A DNA stretch of 64,000 nt from Candidatus Wirthbacteria bacterium (GTDB lineage Bacteria; Patescibacteriota; CG2-30-54-11). The stretch spans positions 16,096-80,095 of the forward strand of contig CAISZI010000047.1 of NCBI GenBank assembly GCA_903889905.1, given 5' to 3'. Below the pieces are notes generated by a model, which was given only the letters and a program-made list of their open reading frames with translations, was not told the DNA's origin and did not search any database. Within the stretch, counting starts at the first letter, position 1. Every line of letters starts with the position of its first letter. The position numbers and the translations under genes are program-made. This document shows, in pieces, positions 39,966 through 48,403 of the stretch.

Positions 39966-40095
39966 GTAGAGACGCTCCGCCGATTCGGCGGATGATCGCA
40001 TCTCTCTTTGTCTGTTATTCCAATTCCCGTAGGGGCGATCCCTCGCGGTCGCCCTCCTCATTCCGAATGCAGGCGGCCGCCAGGGCCGCCACTAC
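39966..40095. repeat. Cluster of three GTAG-type REP palindromes, the last two forming an inverted REPIN-like pair
   Basis: GTAGAGACGC..GCATCTCT (39966-40005), GTAGGGGCGA..TCGCCC (40029-40054), and on the minus strand GTAGTGGCGGCC..GGCCGCC (40072-40095). Confidence 0.75.
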
Positions 40096-40128
40096 GTTAC
40101 AAAAACATTACCACCGAAAGGAAAACCC

Positions 40129-40329
40129 ATGCCCATCGTCAACGACAAAGCGTTTAACCTCAATCAATTCCAATGCAACCAGTGCGACTTCATCTACGAC
40201 CCCGCCCTCGGTGATCCCACCGGCGGCATCGCTCCTGGAACACCGTTTGCCATGATTCCTGACACTTGGGTATGCCCCGACTGCGGCGCTACCAAAGCGG
40301 ACTTCATCGAAATCAAACCCGGGTCCTAA
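40129..40329 (+). CDS. Rubredoxin
   Basis: CNQCDFIYDP..GDP..GI.PGT.F..IPDTWVCPDCGA.K.DF. Confidence 0.95.
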   Translation: MPIVNDKAFNLNQFQCNQCDFIYDPALGDPTGGIAPGTPFAMIPDTWVCPDCGATKADFIEIKPGS

Positions 40330-40331
40330 AC

Positions 40332-41522
40332 ATGACCGCGCGCAATCTCAAACCCGATATTTTTGCCATCGGCGCCATTGACTGGCACCGGACGACCTTT
40401 GACGCGCTCGTGCCCCTGCCACACGGTACCTCGTATAATTCCTACCTCGTCATGGGCAGCGAAAAAACAGCGCTCATCGACACGGTGGAACCGGACAAGT
40501 GGGACGAACTGCTGCAGAATATCAAGGAAACGCCGGTCAAAACCATCGACTATCTGATCTCTCTTCACTCTGAGCAGGATCACTCTGGCTGCATTCCCAA
40601 AATTCTCGAACTTCATCCCGAAGCCCAAATTCTCACCAGCCCCAAAGGCAAAGAACAGCTTCAACTCCTGCTGCATCTCCCCGACGACAAGCTGCGCGTC
40701 ATGGCCGATGGAGAAACGCTTTCGCTGGGCAATAAAACTCTGACATTCATGCACGCACCCTGGGTCCACTGGCCGGACAATATGTTTTGCCATGTGGCTG
40801 AGGACAAGGTATTGTTTACCAACGACTTTTTGGGTGCTCACCTCGCCACTGACAAACTTATCGTGACCGACAAAGACGAAGTCTACAGCGAAGCCAAACG
40901 CTACTTTGCCGAAATCATGATGCCCTACCGCGCCCAGGCTGCACGCCATCTGGAACGGGTCAAAACCCTGGACCTCGACCTGATCGCCCCCAGCCACGGC
41001 CCGGTCTTCACCAAACCGTTCTGGATTCTGAACGCCTATCAGGAATGGACCGCGGACCAAACCAAAAACGAGCTGGTCATTGCCTACGTCTCGATGCACG
41101 AAAGCACGCGCCTCATGGCCAACTACTTCGCCACCAAGCTCACTGCGGCCGGCATCACCGTCCACACCTATGACCTCGCCAAAGTCGATGTCGGTGAACT
41201 GGCCATCGCCCTCGTGGACGCCACCACCCTGCTCATCGGCGCCAGCGCCGTAGTCCAGACCGCCCATCCGGTCGCCGTCTACGCCACTGCGCTCATCAAT
41301 GTTCTGCGCCCCAAGCTCAGCCACTACGGCATCTTCGGCTCCTTTGGCTGGGCGGCTAAAATCCCCGAACAACTCACCGGATTACTTCCAAGCCTCGCCA
41401 AAGCTGAGCAATTACCGCCGCTCATGGTCAAAGGGTTGCCAAAGGAAGAGGATTATGGGGAGATGGATGGGTTGGTGGAAATAATAGTGAAGAAGCATGG
41501 GGAAAAAAGATTGATGGTATAA
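40332..41522 (+). CDS. fprA: Flavodiiron protein (FprA/NorV-like O2/NO reductase)
   Basis: GTSYNSY, HSEQDHSG, HWPD, ND..G.H, PSHG; flavodoxin domain Y.SM..ST and FGSFGW. Confidence 0.92.
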   Translation: MTARNLKPDIFAIGAIDWHRTTFDALVPLPHGTSYNSYLVMGSEKTALIDTVEPDKWDELLQNIKETPVKTIDYLISLHSEQDHSGCIPKILELHPEAQILTSPKGKEQLQLLLHLPDDKLRVMADGETLSLGNKTLTFMHAPWVHWPDNMFCHVAEDKVLFTNDFLGAHLATDKLIVTDKDEVYSEAKRYFAEIMMPYRAQAARHLERVKTLDLDLIAPSHGPVFTKPFWILNAYQEWTADQTKNELVIAYVSMHESTRLMANYFATKLTAAGITVHTYDLAKVDVGELAIALVDATTLLIGASAVVQTAHPVAVYATALINVLRPKLSHYGIFGSFGWAAKIPEQLTGLLPSLAKAEQLPPLMVKGLPKEEDYGEMDGLVEIIVKKHGEKRLMV

Positions 41523-41550
41523 AAAAGGCACCTGATTGGGTGCCTTTTTT
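41521..41550. terminator. Bidirectional intrinsic terminator
   Basis: AAAAAAGGCACC-TGATTG-GGTGCCTTTTTT. Confidence 0.85.
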
Positions 41551-41622
41551 CATTGCTTGCCTTTCAATAGCTCCGATTTAATGCAATAAGTTGAAATGAT
41601 CGGATAACTGAATCAAATCCTC

Positions 41623-42810
41623 CTAACCTCCTTTAAAAAAGGAGGTACAAGAAATCCTTCTCCCCGCTTCCTCCACCTCCTCCTCTCTCGCCACCAACGC
41701 AAACCGCACATATTCCCTCCCCGGATTGCTCCCATCGGCAACCTCATCCGAGATCCACTCCCCCGGTGTGACCACAATTCCAAGTTTCAACAGTCGCTCC
41801 GCCAGATCTACTCCCGTCATCCCGTCCGGCGCACGCTGCCAGAGATAAAATGTCGCCTCACTCGCCACGGGTGGAAACCCGGCTCGTGTCAAAATTGTCA
41901 GCAAAATTTCCCTTTTGCGCCGATATTCTTCACGCATCAAAGCCACGTGTTCATCATCAGCAAGCGCTGCCATGGCCGCGTCCTGGATGATCGTCGGCGT
42001 GCCGGAGTCGATGTTGGTTTTGACTTTGCGAAAAGCTGCCACGATTTCAGCGTCTCCAGCGACGAACCCGACTCGGTAACCCGTCATGTTGTTGCGCTTG
42101 GACAGGGAATAGAACGCCACCACATTCTTCTTACCAATTTCCAGAATACTCACCGGCTTGTGGTCAAAATAGATGTCGATATAGCACCCTTCATCCGCCG
42201 CCACGATAATGTTGTGCTCCTGTGCCCAAGCCACCAAGTCCTCAAGATATTGTCGCGGTGCCATCTTGCCAGTCGGTGAATTAGGATAATTGATCCAGAT
42301 GATTTTAGTCCTGGCCACCACGTCGGCTGGGATCGCGCGAAAGTCGAGCAAGAAATCATTCGCTGCCGTCAGTGGCGCAAAGTATGGAATCGCCCCTGCA
42401 AAACGCGTGCCATTCTTGTACGGCGGATACCCCGGTGTGGGACAAATCACGATGTCGCCCGGATCCACAAACCCCAACGGAAAGTTAAACACCGCCTCCT
42501 TGGAGCCGATGGTCGAAGTGATTTCGGTGGCTGGATCAAGCGTCACACCAAAGTCACGCTTCAAGTAATCGGCGCAAGCCTGACGAAACCCCATTTCCCC
42601 AACATAACTCGGGTAACCGGAATTCACCCGCTGCTGCGCGGCCTGCTGCAAAGCACTCACCACAAAGTCAGGTGTGGGTGAGGTCGGGTCGCCGACGCCA
42701 AAGTCGATCACCGAGACACCCTGCGCTTTGAGCTTGCGCACCTCCTCATCAATCCGGGCAAAGGCGTACGGCGCGGTCTGGGAAATTCTTTGTGAGAGTC
42801 GAATGGTCAT
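41623..42810 (-). CDS. dapL: LL-diaminopimelate aminotransferase (class I/II PLP aminotransferase)
   Basis: GVGDP, GSKE, INYPNSPTG, SLSK..NMTGYRVG; last gene of the lysine operon. Confidence 0.8.
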   Translation of the reverse strand: MTIRLSQRISQTAPYAFARIDEEVRKLKAQGVSVIDFGVGDPTSPTPDFVVSALQQAAQQRVNSGYPSYVGEMGFRQACADYLKRDFGVTLDPATEITSTIGSKEAVFNFPLGFVDPGDIVICPTPGYPPYKNGTRFAGAIPYFAPLTAANDFLLDFRAIPADVVARTKIIWINYPNSPTGKMAPRQYLEDLVAWAQEHNIIVAADEGCYIDIYFDHKPVSILEIGKKNVVAFYSLSKRNNMTGYRVGFVAGDAEIVAAFRKVKTNIDSGTPTIIQDAAMAALADDEHVALMREEYRRKREILLTILTRAGFPPVASEATFYLWQRAPDGMTGVDLAERLLKLGIVVTPGEWISDEVADGSNPGREYVRFALVAREEEVEEAGRRISCTSFFKGG

Positions 42811-42812
42811 GA

Positions 42813-44066
42813 TTACTCCAACGCAAAAGGTAAAATCGTTTGCATTAAATCCTGTACCGTCTCGGCGCGACGGATGTGCACCAGCTCGCCGGTGGTACGC
42901 AACAGGTATTCGTCCGACCGCGTCCGGCCATTGTAATTGTGCCCCATGGCATAGCTGTGCGCGCCCGCATTGTGAATCACCACGCTGTCGCCAGGTTCAA
43001 GGTGCGGTAACTCGCGCGACTTGGCAAACTGGTCATTGTTTTCACAAAGGCGACCTACGACGTTGACAGTTTCTAAAGGTTCGTCAACTGATTTACCCAA
43101 CACACTCACGTGGTGGTACGCGTCATAAATCGCCGGCCTCGGCAAATCATTCATCCCGGCATCCACACCTGCAAACCGCGTGTACCCGTCCTTGATCACG
43201 TTGACCCGCGTCACCAGAAATCCAGCATCCGCCATCACCAGGCGACCGGGTTCGATCATCAATCTTGGCTCGTGCATACCAAACTGCGGCAACACCTCGT
43301 CAAACGCCGCCCTGATATTTCGTGCCACCACGCCAAGGTCAAGCGATGCTTCGTCCGGTCGATAAGGAACGCCAAAACCGCCACCCACGTTCAGCGTCTC
43401 AAACTCGATACCCAACTCCCGATGAACGGTTCCAGCCACCTCAAGGAGCTTCCGTGTGACCAACCCAAAGTATGTTTCATCCCGCACATTGCTCCCCGTC
43501 ATCATGTGAATCCCAAAGCGCCGTAGGCCCATTTCCTTGGCCGCGCGGTAAGCCTCGGCGGCTCGTTCCCACGGCACACCATACTTCGCGTCCGGCCCGG
43601 CAAACAGCAAACTTTTCATGCTGCCACTGGTGATACCCGGATTAATCCTAAAGGACAAAAATTCAGGCACACCCATTTTCCTCACTGTTTCCAACATCGA
43701 AATATCGTCCAGGTTGAGCAGCAAATGTGGTGTGTCCAGGACTTCGCGAATTTCAACCTCGCTCAAATAATTTCCCGTGTGCATGCCATGGTTCCCAAGT
43801 TGCCGCAGGAAAAACACTTCGCTCGGACTCGAGCAGTCAAAACCAAAACCCTCACTTTGTATGATTTTCAACACATGCGGATTGGCATTGGCCTTGACGG
43901 CGTAGAGTGGGGAAAAGCCGGGGAACAAGGGTTCAAAAACCTTCTTGAGTCGTTGGCAGTTGTACCGAATCCGCTCTTCCTCGTACAGAAAAAATGGCGT
44001 CGGGAATTGCTTGGCGGCACGCTCAATATCATTGGCCGGATAACGAACCACATCGCGATTAACCAT
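42813..44066 (-). CDS. lysA: Diaminopimelate decarboxylase
   Basis: YAVKAN, GGGFG, EPGR, RPAIY, LCENND, NYNGR; start ATG 44066. Confidence 0.9.
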   Translation of the reverse strand: MVNRDVVRYPANDIERAAKQFPTPFFLYEEERIRYNCQRLKKVFEPLFPGFSPLYAVKANANPHVLKIIQSEGFGFDCSSPSEVFFLRQLGNHGMHTGNYLSEVEIREVLDTPHLLLNLDDISMLETVRKMGVPEFLSFRINPGITSGSMKSLLFAGPDAKYGVPWERAAEAYRAAKEMGLRRFGIHMMTGSNVRDETYFGLVTRKLLEVAGTVHRELGIEFETLNVGGGFGVPYRPDEASLDLGVVARNIRAAFDEVLPQFGMHEPRLMIEPGRLVMADAGFLVTRVNVIKDGYTRFAGVDAGMNDLPRPAIYDAYHHVSVLGKSVDEPLETVNVVGRLCENNDQFAKSRELPHLEPGDSVVIHNAGAHSYAMGHNYNGRTRSDEYLLRTTGELVHIRRAETVQDLMQTILPFALE

Positions 44067-45099
44067 GGTGTTGCCTCGCTGTGATGTAACCTTGATAAAC
44101 CAATAACTCCGCGAGCAAAATCGCTCCACCCGCCGCGCCACGAATGGTGTTATGCGAGAGGCCGATCATTTTCCATCCCGACTCGTCGGGACGAATCCTC
44201 CCCACGCTGATCGCCATGCCGTGCTCCAGATCCCGATCCAGTCGCGTCTGCGGTCGGTCTGCTTCGCTCAAAACGTGGATAAACTGCCGCGGCGCCGACG
44301 GTAAATCCATGGCTGCAAGGGGATTGGAATAGTTGGTCAAAGCCGCTTCGACATCTGCCTGTTTTACTTTTTTATCCAGCTCTACAAACAAACTGGCCAT
44401 GTGGCCATTAGAAACCGAGACGCGTATACACGTCGCCGAGATCTCAAGATTGGACATTGGCACGATTGCACCATGTTTAAGCGTGCCCAAAATTATTAAA
44501 GGCTCCTGCTCCGTCTTTTCCTCTTCGCCGCCAATAAACGGAATGACATTGTCCTGCATCTCCGGCCACGATTCCAGCATCTTGCCGGCACCCGAAACTG
44601 CCTGCAAAGTCGTGACCAACACGCGTCTCACCCCAAAAGATTCCAGCGCCTTGACCATTGGCAAAAACGACTGCACCGAACAATTGGGCTTGACTGCAAT
44701 CAGTCCGCGACCCAGACCAAGCACTTGGCGCTGATGATCAATCAAAGCCGAGTGCGTCGGATTGATCTCCGGCATGATGATCGGGACAAGCGGATTGGAG
44801 CGATGTGCCGAATTATTAGACACCACCGCCACCCCGCGCTTGGCGTAAACCATTTCCAACGCTCTTGTTTCTTCGCGGTCAAAATTGATCGCCGAAAACA
44901 CCACATCCACCTCACGACAAACCTCATCGACATCATGAATCCCATCCCTCACCATCAATTCCCCGAGCCGCTTCCCCGCCGACCGCTCCGACGCCAAAAC
45001 CGCCACGACCTCAAACCACGGATGCCTCGCCAACAAACTCACAAACCGCTGCCCCACCATGCCTGTCGCGCCCAATATTCCCACCCGCAATCTATTCAT
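44059..45099 (-). CDS. asd: Aspartate-semialdehyde dehydrogenase
   Basis: GATGMVGQRF, SNNSAHR, PEIN, KPNCS, QAVSGAG, HNTIRGAAGG; start ATG 45099. Confidence 0.92.
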   Translation of the reverse strand: MNRLRVGILGATGMVGQRFVSLLARHPWFEVVAVLASERSAGKRLGELMVRDGIHDVDEVCREVDVVFSAINFDREETRALEMVYAKRGVAVVSNNSAHRSNPLVPIIMPEINPTHSALIDHQRQVLGLGRGLIAVKPNCSVQSFLPMVKALESFGVRRVLVTTLQAVSGAGKMLESWPEMQDNVIPFIGGEEEKTEQEPLIILGTLKHGAIVPMSNLEISATCIRVSVSNGHMASLFVELDKKVKQADVEAALTNYSNPLAAMDLPSAPRQFIHVLSEADRPQTRLDRDLEHGMAISVGRIRPDESGWKMIGLSHNTIRGAAGGAILLAELLVYQGYITARQHHG

Positions 45100-46003
45100 G
45101 GTTAACTCCTTGGACAAGACCAAGACGCACCAATTCCCCACGTAACTTTTCAAAGTTTTCCGCCTGCATCGGACACATCGGCAATCGAAAAACTGGTTCC
45201 AAAAACCCCATCAACCCGAGCGCAGTCTTGACCGGGATCGGATTGCTTTCGACAAAGTTAACGTTCATCAAATTCAAATACCGATAATGCAATTCTCTTG
45301 CTGCTTCAAATTTCTCTTCCAACCCCAAATGCATCATTTGGGCAAACTCAGCCGGGATCTCGTTAGCCACCACCGAAATGCCGCCATCGCCACCTAATGC
45401 GACGATCGGCATTGCCAACGCATCATCACCACTGAATACTTTGAACCCTTCTGGCCGCCCCTGCAGAATTGCCATAATCTGCCCCATATCACCGCTCGCT
45501 TCCTTGACCCCAATGATGTTCGGGTTTGTTTGTGCCAGCTCCAACAAAGTGGCAACCGGAATATTGCGCCCGGTTCGGCCAGGTACGTTGTAAACAATGA
45601 TCGGAAGTTCCGTTGACCGCGCCACAACGCCAAAGTGCTGCAACAACCCATCCGCCGTCGGCTTGTTGTAATACGGCCCCACCACCAGCAAACCATCCAC
45701 ACCGCAAGCCTGGGCCACGGCGCAGTTTTCGATCGTCCTGGCCGTCGAGTTACTACCGGCGCCGGCGATTACCGGGATCGTGTGGTGAACTCGCTCCACA
45801 ACGCATCGCATCATCTCTCGATATTCACTTTCACTCAGCGTCGGCGTTTCGCCGGTCGTGCCGCAAACGACAATGCCATCGGTATGGTTAGCCAAGTGAA
45901 AATCAACCAACCGCTCCAATGCGCCAAAGTCAACACTTTCATCGGCCACAAACGGTGTCACGATAGCGACAATGGAGCCGCGAAGATTGGTTAGAGTGTT
46001 CAT
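45092..46003 (-). CDS. dapA: 4-hydroxy-tetrahydrodipicolinate synthase
   Basis: AIVTPF, GTTGE, PYYNKP, YNVPGRTG, KEASG, SGDD, NPIPVK. Confidence 0.95.
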   Translation of the reverse strand: MNTLTNLRGSIVAIVTPFVADESVDFGALERLVDFHLANHTDGIVVCGTTGETPTLSESEYREMMRCVVERVHHTIPVIAGAGSNSTARTIENCAVAQACGVDGLLVVGPYYNKPTADGLLQHFGVVARSTELPIIVYNVPGRTGRNIPVATLLELAQTNPNIIGVKEASGDMGQIMAILQGRPEGFKVFSGDDALAMPIVALGGDGGISVVANEIPAEFAQMMHLGLEEKFEAARELHYRYLNLMNVNFVESNPIPVKTALGLMGFLEPVFRLPMCPMQAENFEKLRGELVRLGLVQGVNHE

Positions 46004-46043
46004 GAAAAAACTCAAAATTAAAAATTATTTACCATCTTGAACA

Positions 46044-46146
46044 ACTGTCATTGCGAGGAACCTCGTTCTGACGGGGTGACGTGGCAATCTCTCTTCCCTC
46101 CTATTACAGAAAGATTGCCACGTCGAGGACTCCTCGCAATGACAGT
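46044..46146. repeat. Palindromic mini-element of the GTCATTGCGAG...CTCGCAATGAC type inside the lysine operon
   Basis: 16-bp terminal IR ACTGTCATTGCGAGGA and inner 13-bp IR GACGTGGCAATCT/AGATTGCCACGTC. Confidence 0.8.
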
Positions 46147-46182
46147 CTTTTCTTACCCCCTTGTAAGGGGGGCGCAGGGCGA

Positions 46183-46968
46183 TTAGTTTTCTGACTTGTC
46201 CAGCATTTCTTCAATTACCCGATCAAATGTGTAATAACCCGGTTCCATCTGCTGCCTAAACCACTGCATCGCCATCAAGGCTCCGCTTGCATACGTACTG
46301 CGGTCCAGCGTCTGCTGCGTCAGCGTGATGACATCGGTACCGGAATCAAAAATCACCTGATGCATGCCCTGATTTTCACCTTGCCGCAAACATGCTACGT
46401 GCAACTCGTCGTCACGGATGGCGCGATCGGCGTGGCCAAAAAGGCAAGATTTTTTGACAATGAATTCCTCCAACACAATCTCGGCCAGGGCTTTGGCTGT
46501 TCCGCTTGGCATATCGACTTTGTGGCGGTGATGGATTTCCAGAATCGCCGGGTCGAATTCCGCAAAGCGGCCCAACATCATCGACGCCTGCCGTACCATC
46601 CGGGCAAACAACGCCGTGGCCACGGAAAAGTTCGCGCCATACAACAAGTACAACTGCCGCTCTTGCACCAGTCGCATCACCTCATCCCGCTGCCCGGTCC
46701 AACCACTTGTACCAACTACAAGGCGAATCTCAGGATGATGCGCGGCGACTTCCTCCAGTAATTCCATCACCCCTTGGCCACTGGAGAAATCGATGATGGC
46801 GTCGACATTTTTCAAATTCACATCCTGCATTACCCGGTGTGTGGCATCGGTCGCATGCGGGTCAACGATGGCGACCACCCGTAAACTTGGATCCTGCTCT
46901 GCTGCGCTCACGACCAGACGACCCACCTTGCCATAACCATTCACCAATACTCGCGTCAGTTGCTGCAT
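46183..46968 (-). CDS. dapB: 4-hydroxy-tetrahydrodipicolinate reductase
   Basis: GYGKVG, IIDFS, VGTSGW, ANFS, EIHHRHKVDMPSGTA. Confidence 0.92.
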   Translation of the reverse strand: MQQLTRVLVNGYGKVGRLVVSAAEQDPSLRVVAIVDPHATDATHRVMQDVNLKNVDAIIDFSSGQGVMELLEEVAAHHPEIRLVVGTSGWTGQRDEVMRLVQERQLYLLYGANFSVATALFARMVRQASMMLGRFAEFDPAILEIHHRHKVDMPSGTAKALAEIVLEEFIVKKSCLFGHADRAIRDDELHVACLRQGENQGMHQVIFDSGTDVITLTQQTLDRSTYASGALMAMQWFRQQMEPGYYTFDRVIEEMLDKSEN

Positions 46969-46977
46969 CGCTATTCC

Positions 46978-48282
46978 TTAATTTGAAAATTGAAGCATAA
47001 AATCATGACAAATCTGTAACGCCTGACGCACGCATTGTTCTGGTACAACCAGCGTCAGGTTAAGCGCCGAATTGCCAAAGGAGATTACATCAACAGCAAT
47101 CTGATTCGCCTTAAGTACACCCAACAAATCGCCCATCAATGCGTGGGATTGTAACAACGGACTGATGACCGCCAGTAGCGCCCGCATCGGTCGCACACTG
47201 ATTTCCCCCAGTGCTGACAATCTGGCGACCAGAGACGATTGCTGAACTTCATTGAGTCCCTCCACCGTGGCCGTGACCGACGCTTCCGAGGCCGCCACGA
47301 TGTCAACGCTCAAACCCTGCTGAGAAAAAACTCGAAACAATCGGGCCAGATATCCTACCGCCCCGATCATCGCCGGATTGTAAACCGTAACCGCCGAAAT
47401 GCCGCTTTGCGCCGTCACCACAAAGTTGCCCCCGTGTGACTGCGTCGAAATCGTTGTCCCTGAGCAATTTGGATTAAATGTATTCAAAACCTTAACCGGA
47501 ATTCCGGCCGCTATCGCCGGAATCAAACTGCGTGCACACAAAATCTTGGCCCCAAAATTGGCACATTCCACCGCTTCGGGATAACTCATGCTTGCCAGCA
47601 AACGCGTACCAGTAACGAGGCGAGGGTCGGCCGTCATCATTCCATCCTGATCTGACCAGATTTCCACGCAGTCGGCATCGAGGCATTGCCCAACCAATGT
47701 TGCCGTCAAATCCGACCCGCCGCGTCCCAGTGTTGTCGTCTGTCCTTGACGCGTGGCACCTATAAAGCCGGTCAAAATCGGCAAAATCCGCCTTTCCAAA
47801 AGGGGTCGGATGCTTCGCCGCAACCTAGCACGCGTCAGTCCCAACAAATAGGCCGCGTTGCCAAAACACGCATCCGTCACCACCAGGCCACGCGTATCCA
47901 CGGCTTCGGCTTCCATACCACGCAAAGAAAAAAAAGCAGCAAGCAGCTGCGCCGATATTAATTCCCCATAACTCGCCACCCGATCGGCTACTTCCTCCCG
48001 CGGCAAATCCAACTGTAAATCCTTCCGCAAGGCCGCCAGCCATGGCTTAACAACAATACTTTCAACCCCGAGTTCCATCGCCAAGCCCAAGATCCGATCA
48101 TCAACCCGTTCCATCAGTTCGGTATCGTCCAGGCATTGCAGCAATAAATTGGTCACGCCACTTTGGGCTGACACCACGACGACTTTTTGTGCCGCTTGGT
48201 CTAGAGTAACAATCGCCAACAAACTTTCGATCGCCGCCTGAGTTCCAACCGACGTTCCCCCAAACTTCATGACCTTGAGCAT
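46978..48282 (-). CDS. lysC: Aspartate kinase (monofunctional, two ACT domains)
   Basis: MKFGGTSVG, VVSA, GE..SA, TTTLGRGGSD, D.DG..TADP, FGAKIL. Confidence 0.92.
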   Translation of the reverse strand: MLKVMKFGGTSVGTQAAIESLLAIVTLDQAAQKVVVVSAQSGVTNLLLQCLDDTELMERVDDRILGLAMELGVESIVVKPWLAALRKDLQLDLPREEVADRVASYGELISAQLLAAFFSLRGMEAEAVDTRGLVVTDACFGNAAYLLGLTRARLRRSIRPLLERRILPILTGFIGATRQGQTTTLGRGGSDLTATLVGQCLDADCVEIWSDQDGMMTADPRLVTGTRLLASMSYPEAVECANFGAKILCARSLIPAIAAGIPVKVLNTFNPNCSGTTISTQSHGGNFVVTAQSGISAVTVYNPAMIGAVGYLARLFRVFSQQGLSVDIVAASEASVTATVEGLNEVQQSSLVARLSALGEISVRPMRALLAVISPLLQSHALMGDLLGVLKANQIAVDVISFGNSALNLTLVVPEQCVRQALQICHDFMLQFSN

Positions 48283-48314
48283 TTTTGTGGGCAGTTAAAA
48301 TATAAACTGCCTCT

Positions 48315-48343
48315 ATCTTAGGAACGGTTTTTGTTGGCGTCAA
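48315..48343 (-). promoter_or_regulatory. Sigma70 promoter of the lysine operon (TTGACG-17-TAAGAT)
   Basis: Minus-strand -35 at 48343-48338 and -10 at 48320-48315, 17-bp spacer. Confidence 0.7.
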
Positions 48344-48347
48344 AAAA

Positions 48348-48381
48348 TTGCAATAAGTGAACAAATAATTTATTATTTGTT
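48348..48381 (+). promoter_or_regulatory. Sigma70 promoter TTGCAA-17-TATTAT overlapped by perfect palindrome AACAAATAAT-TT-ATTATTTGTT
   Basis: -35 at 48348-48353, -10 at 48371-48376; inverted repeat 48360-48381. Confidence 0.7.
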
Positions 48382-48403
48382 TAGATTTAAACAAAGGAAC
48401 CCC

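Noticed and set aside
39960-40100. CRISPR array, tRNA or integron attC sites among the hairpin clusters (also 46044-46184, 59146-59280)
   Set aside because: No repeat-spacer periodicity, cloverleaf, or RYYYAAC/GTTRRRY ends; no cas or intI genes
48283-48314. Lysine riboswitch or attenuator upstream of lysC
   Set aside because: The leader is only about 25 nt after the predicted promoter, too short for either
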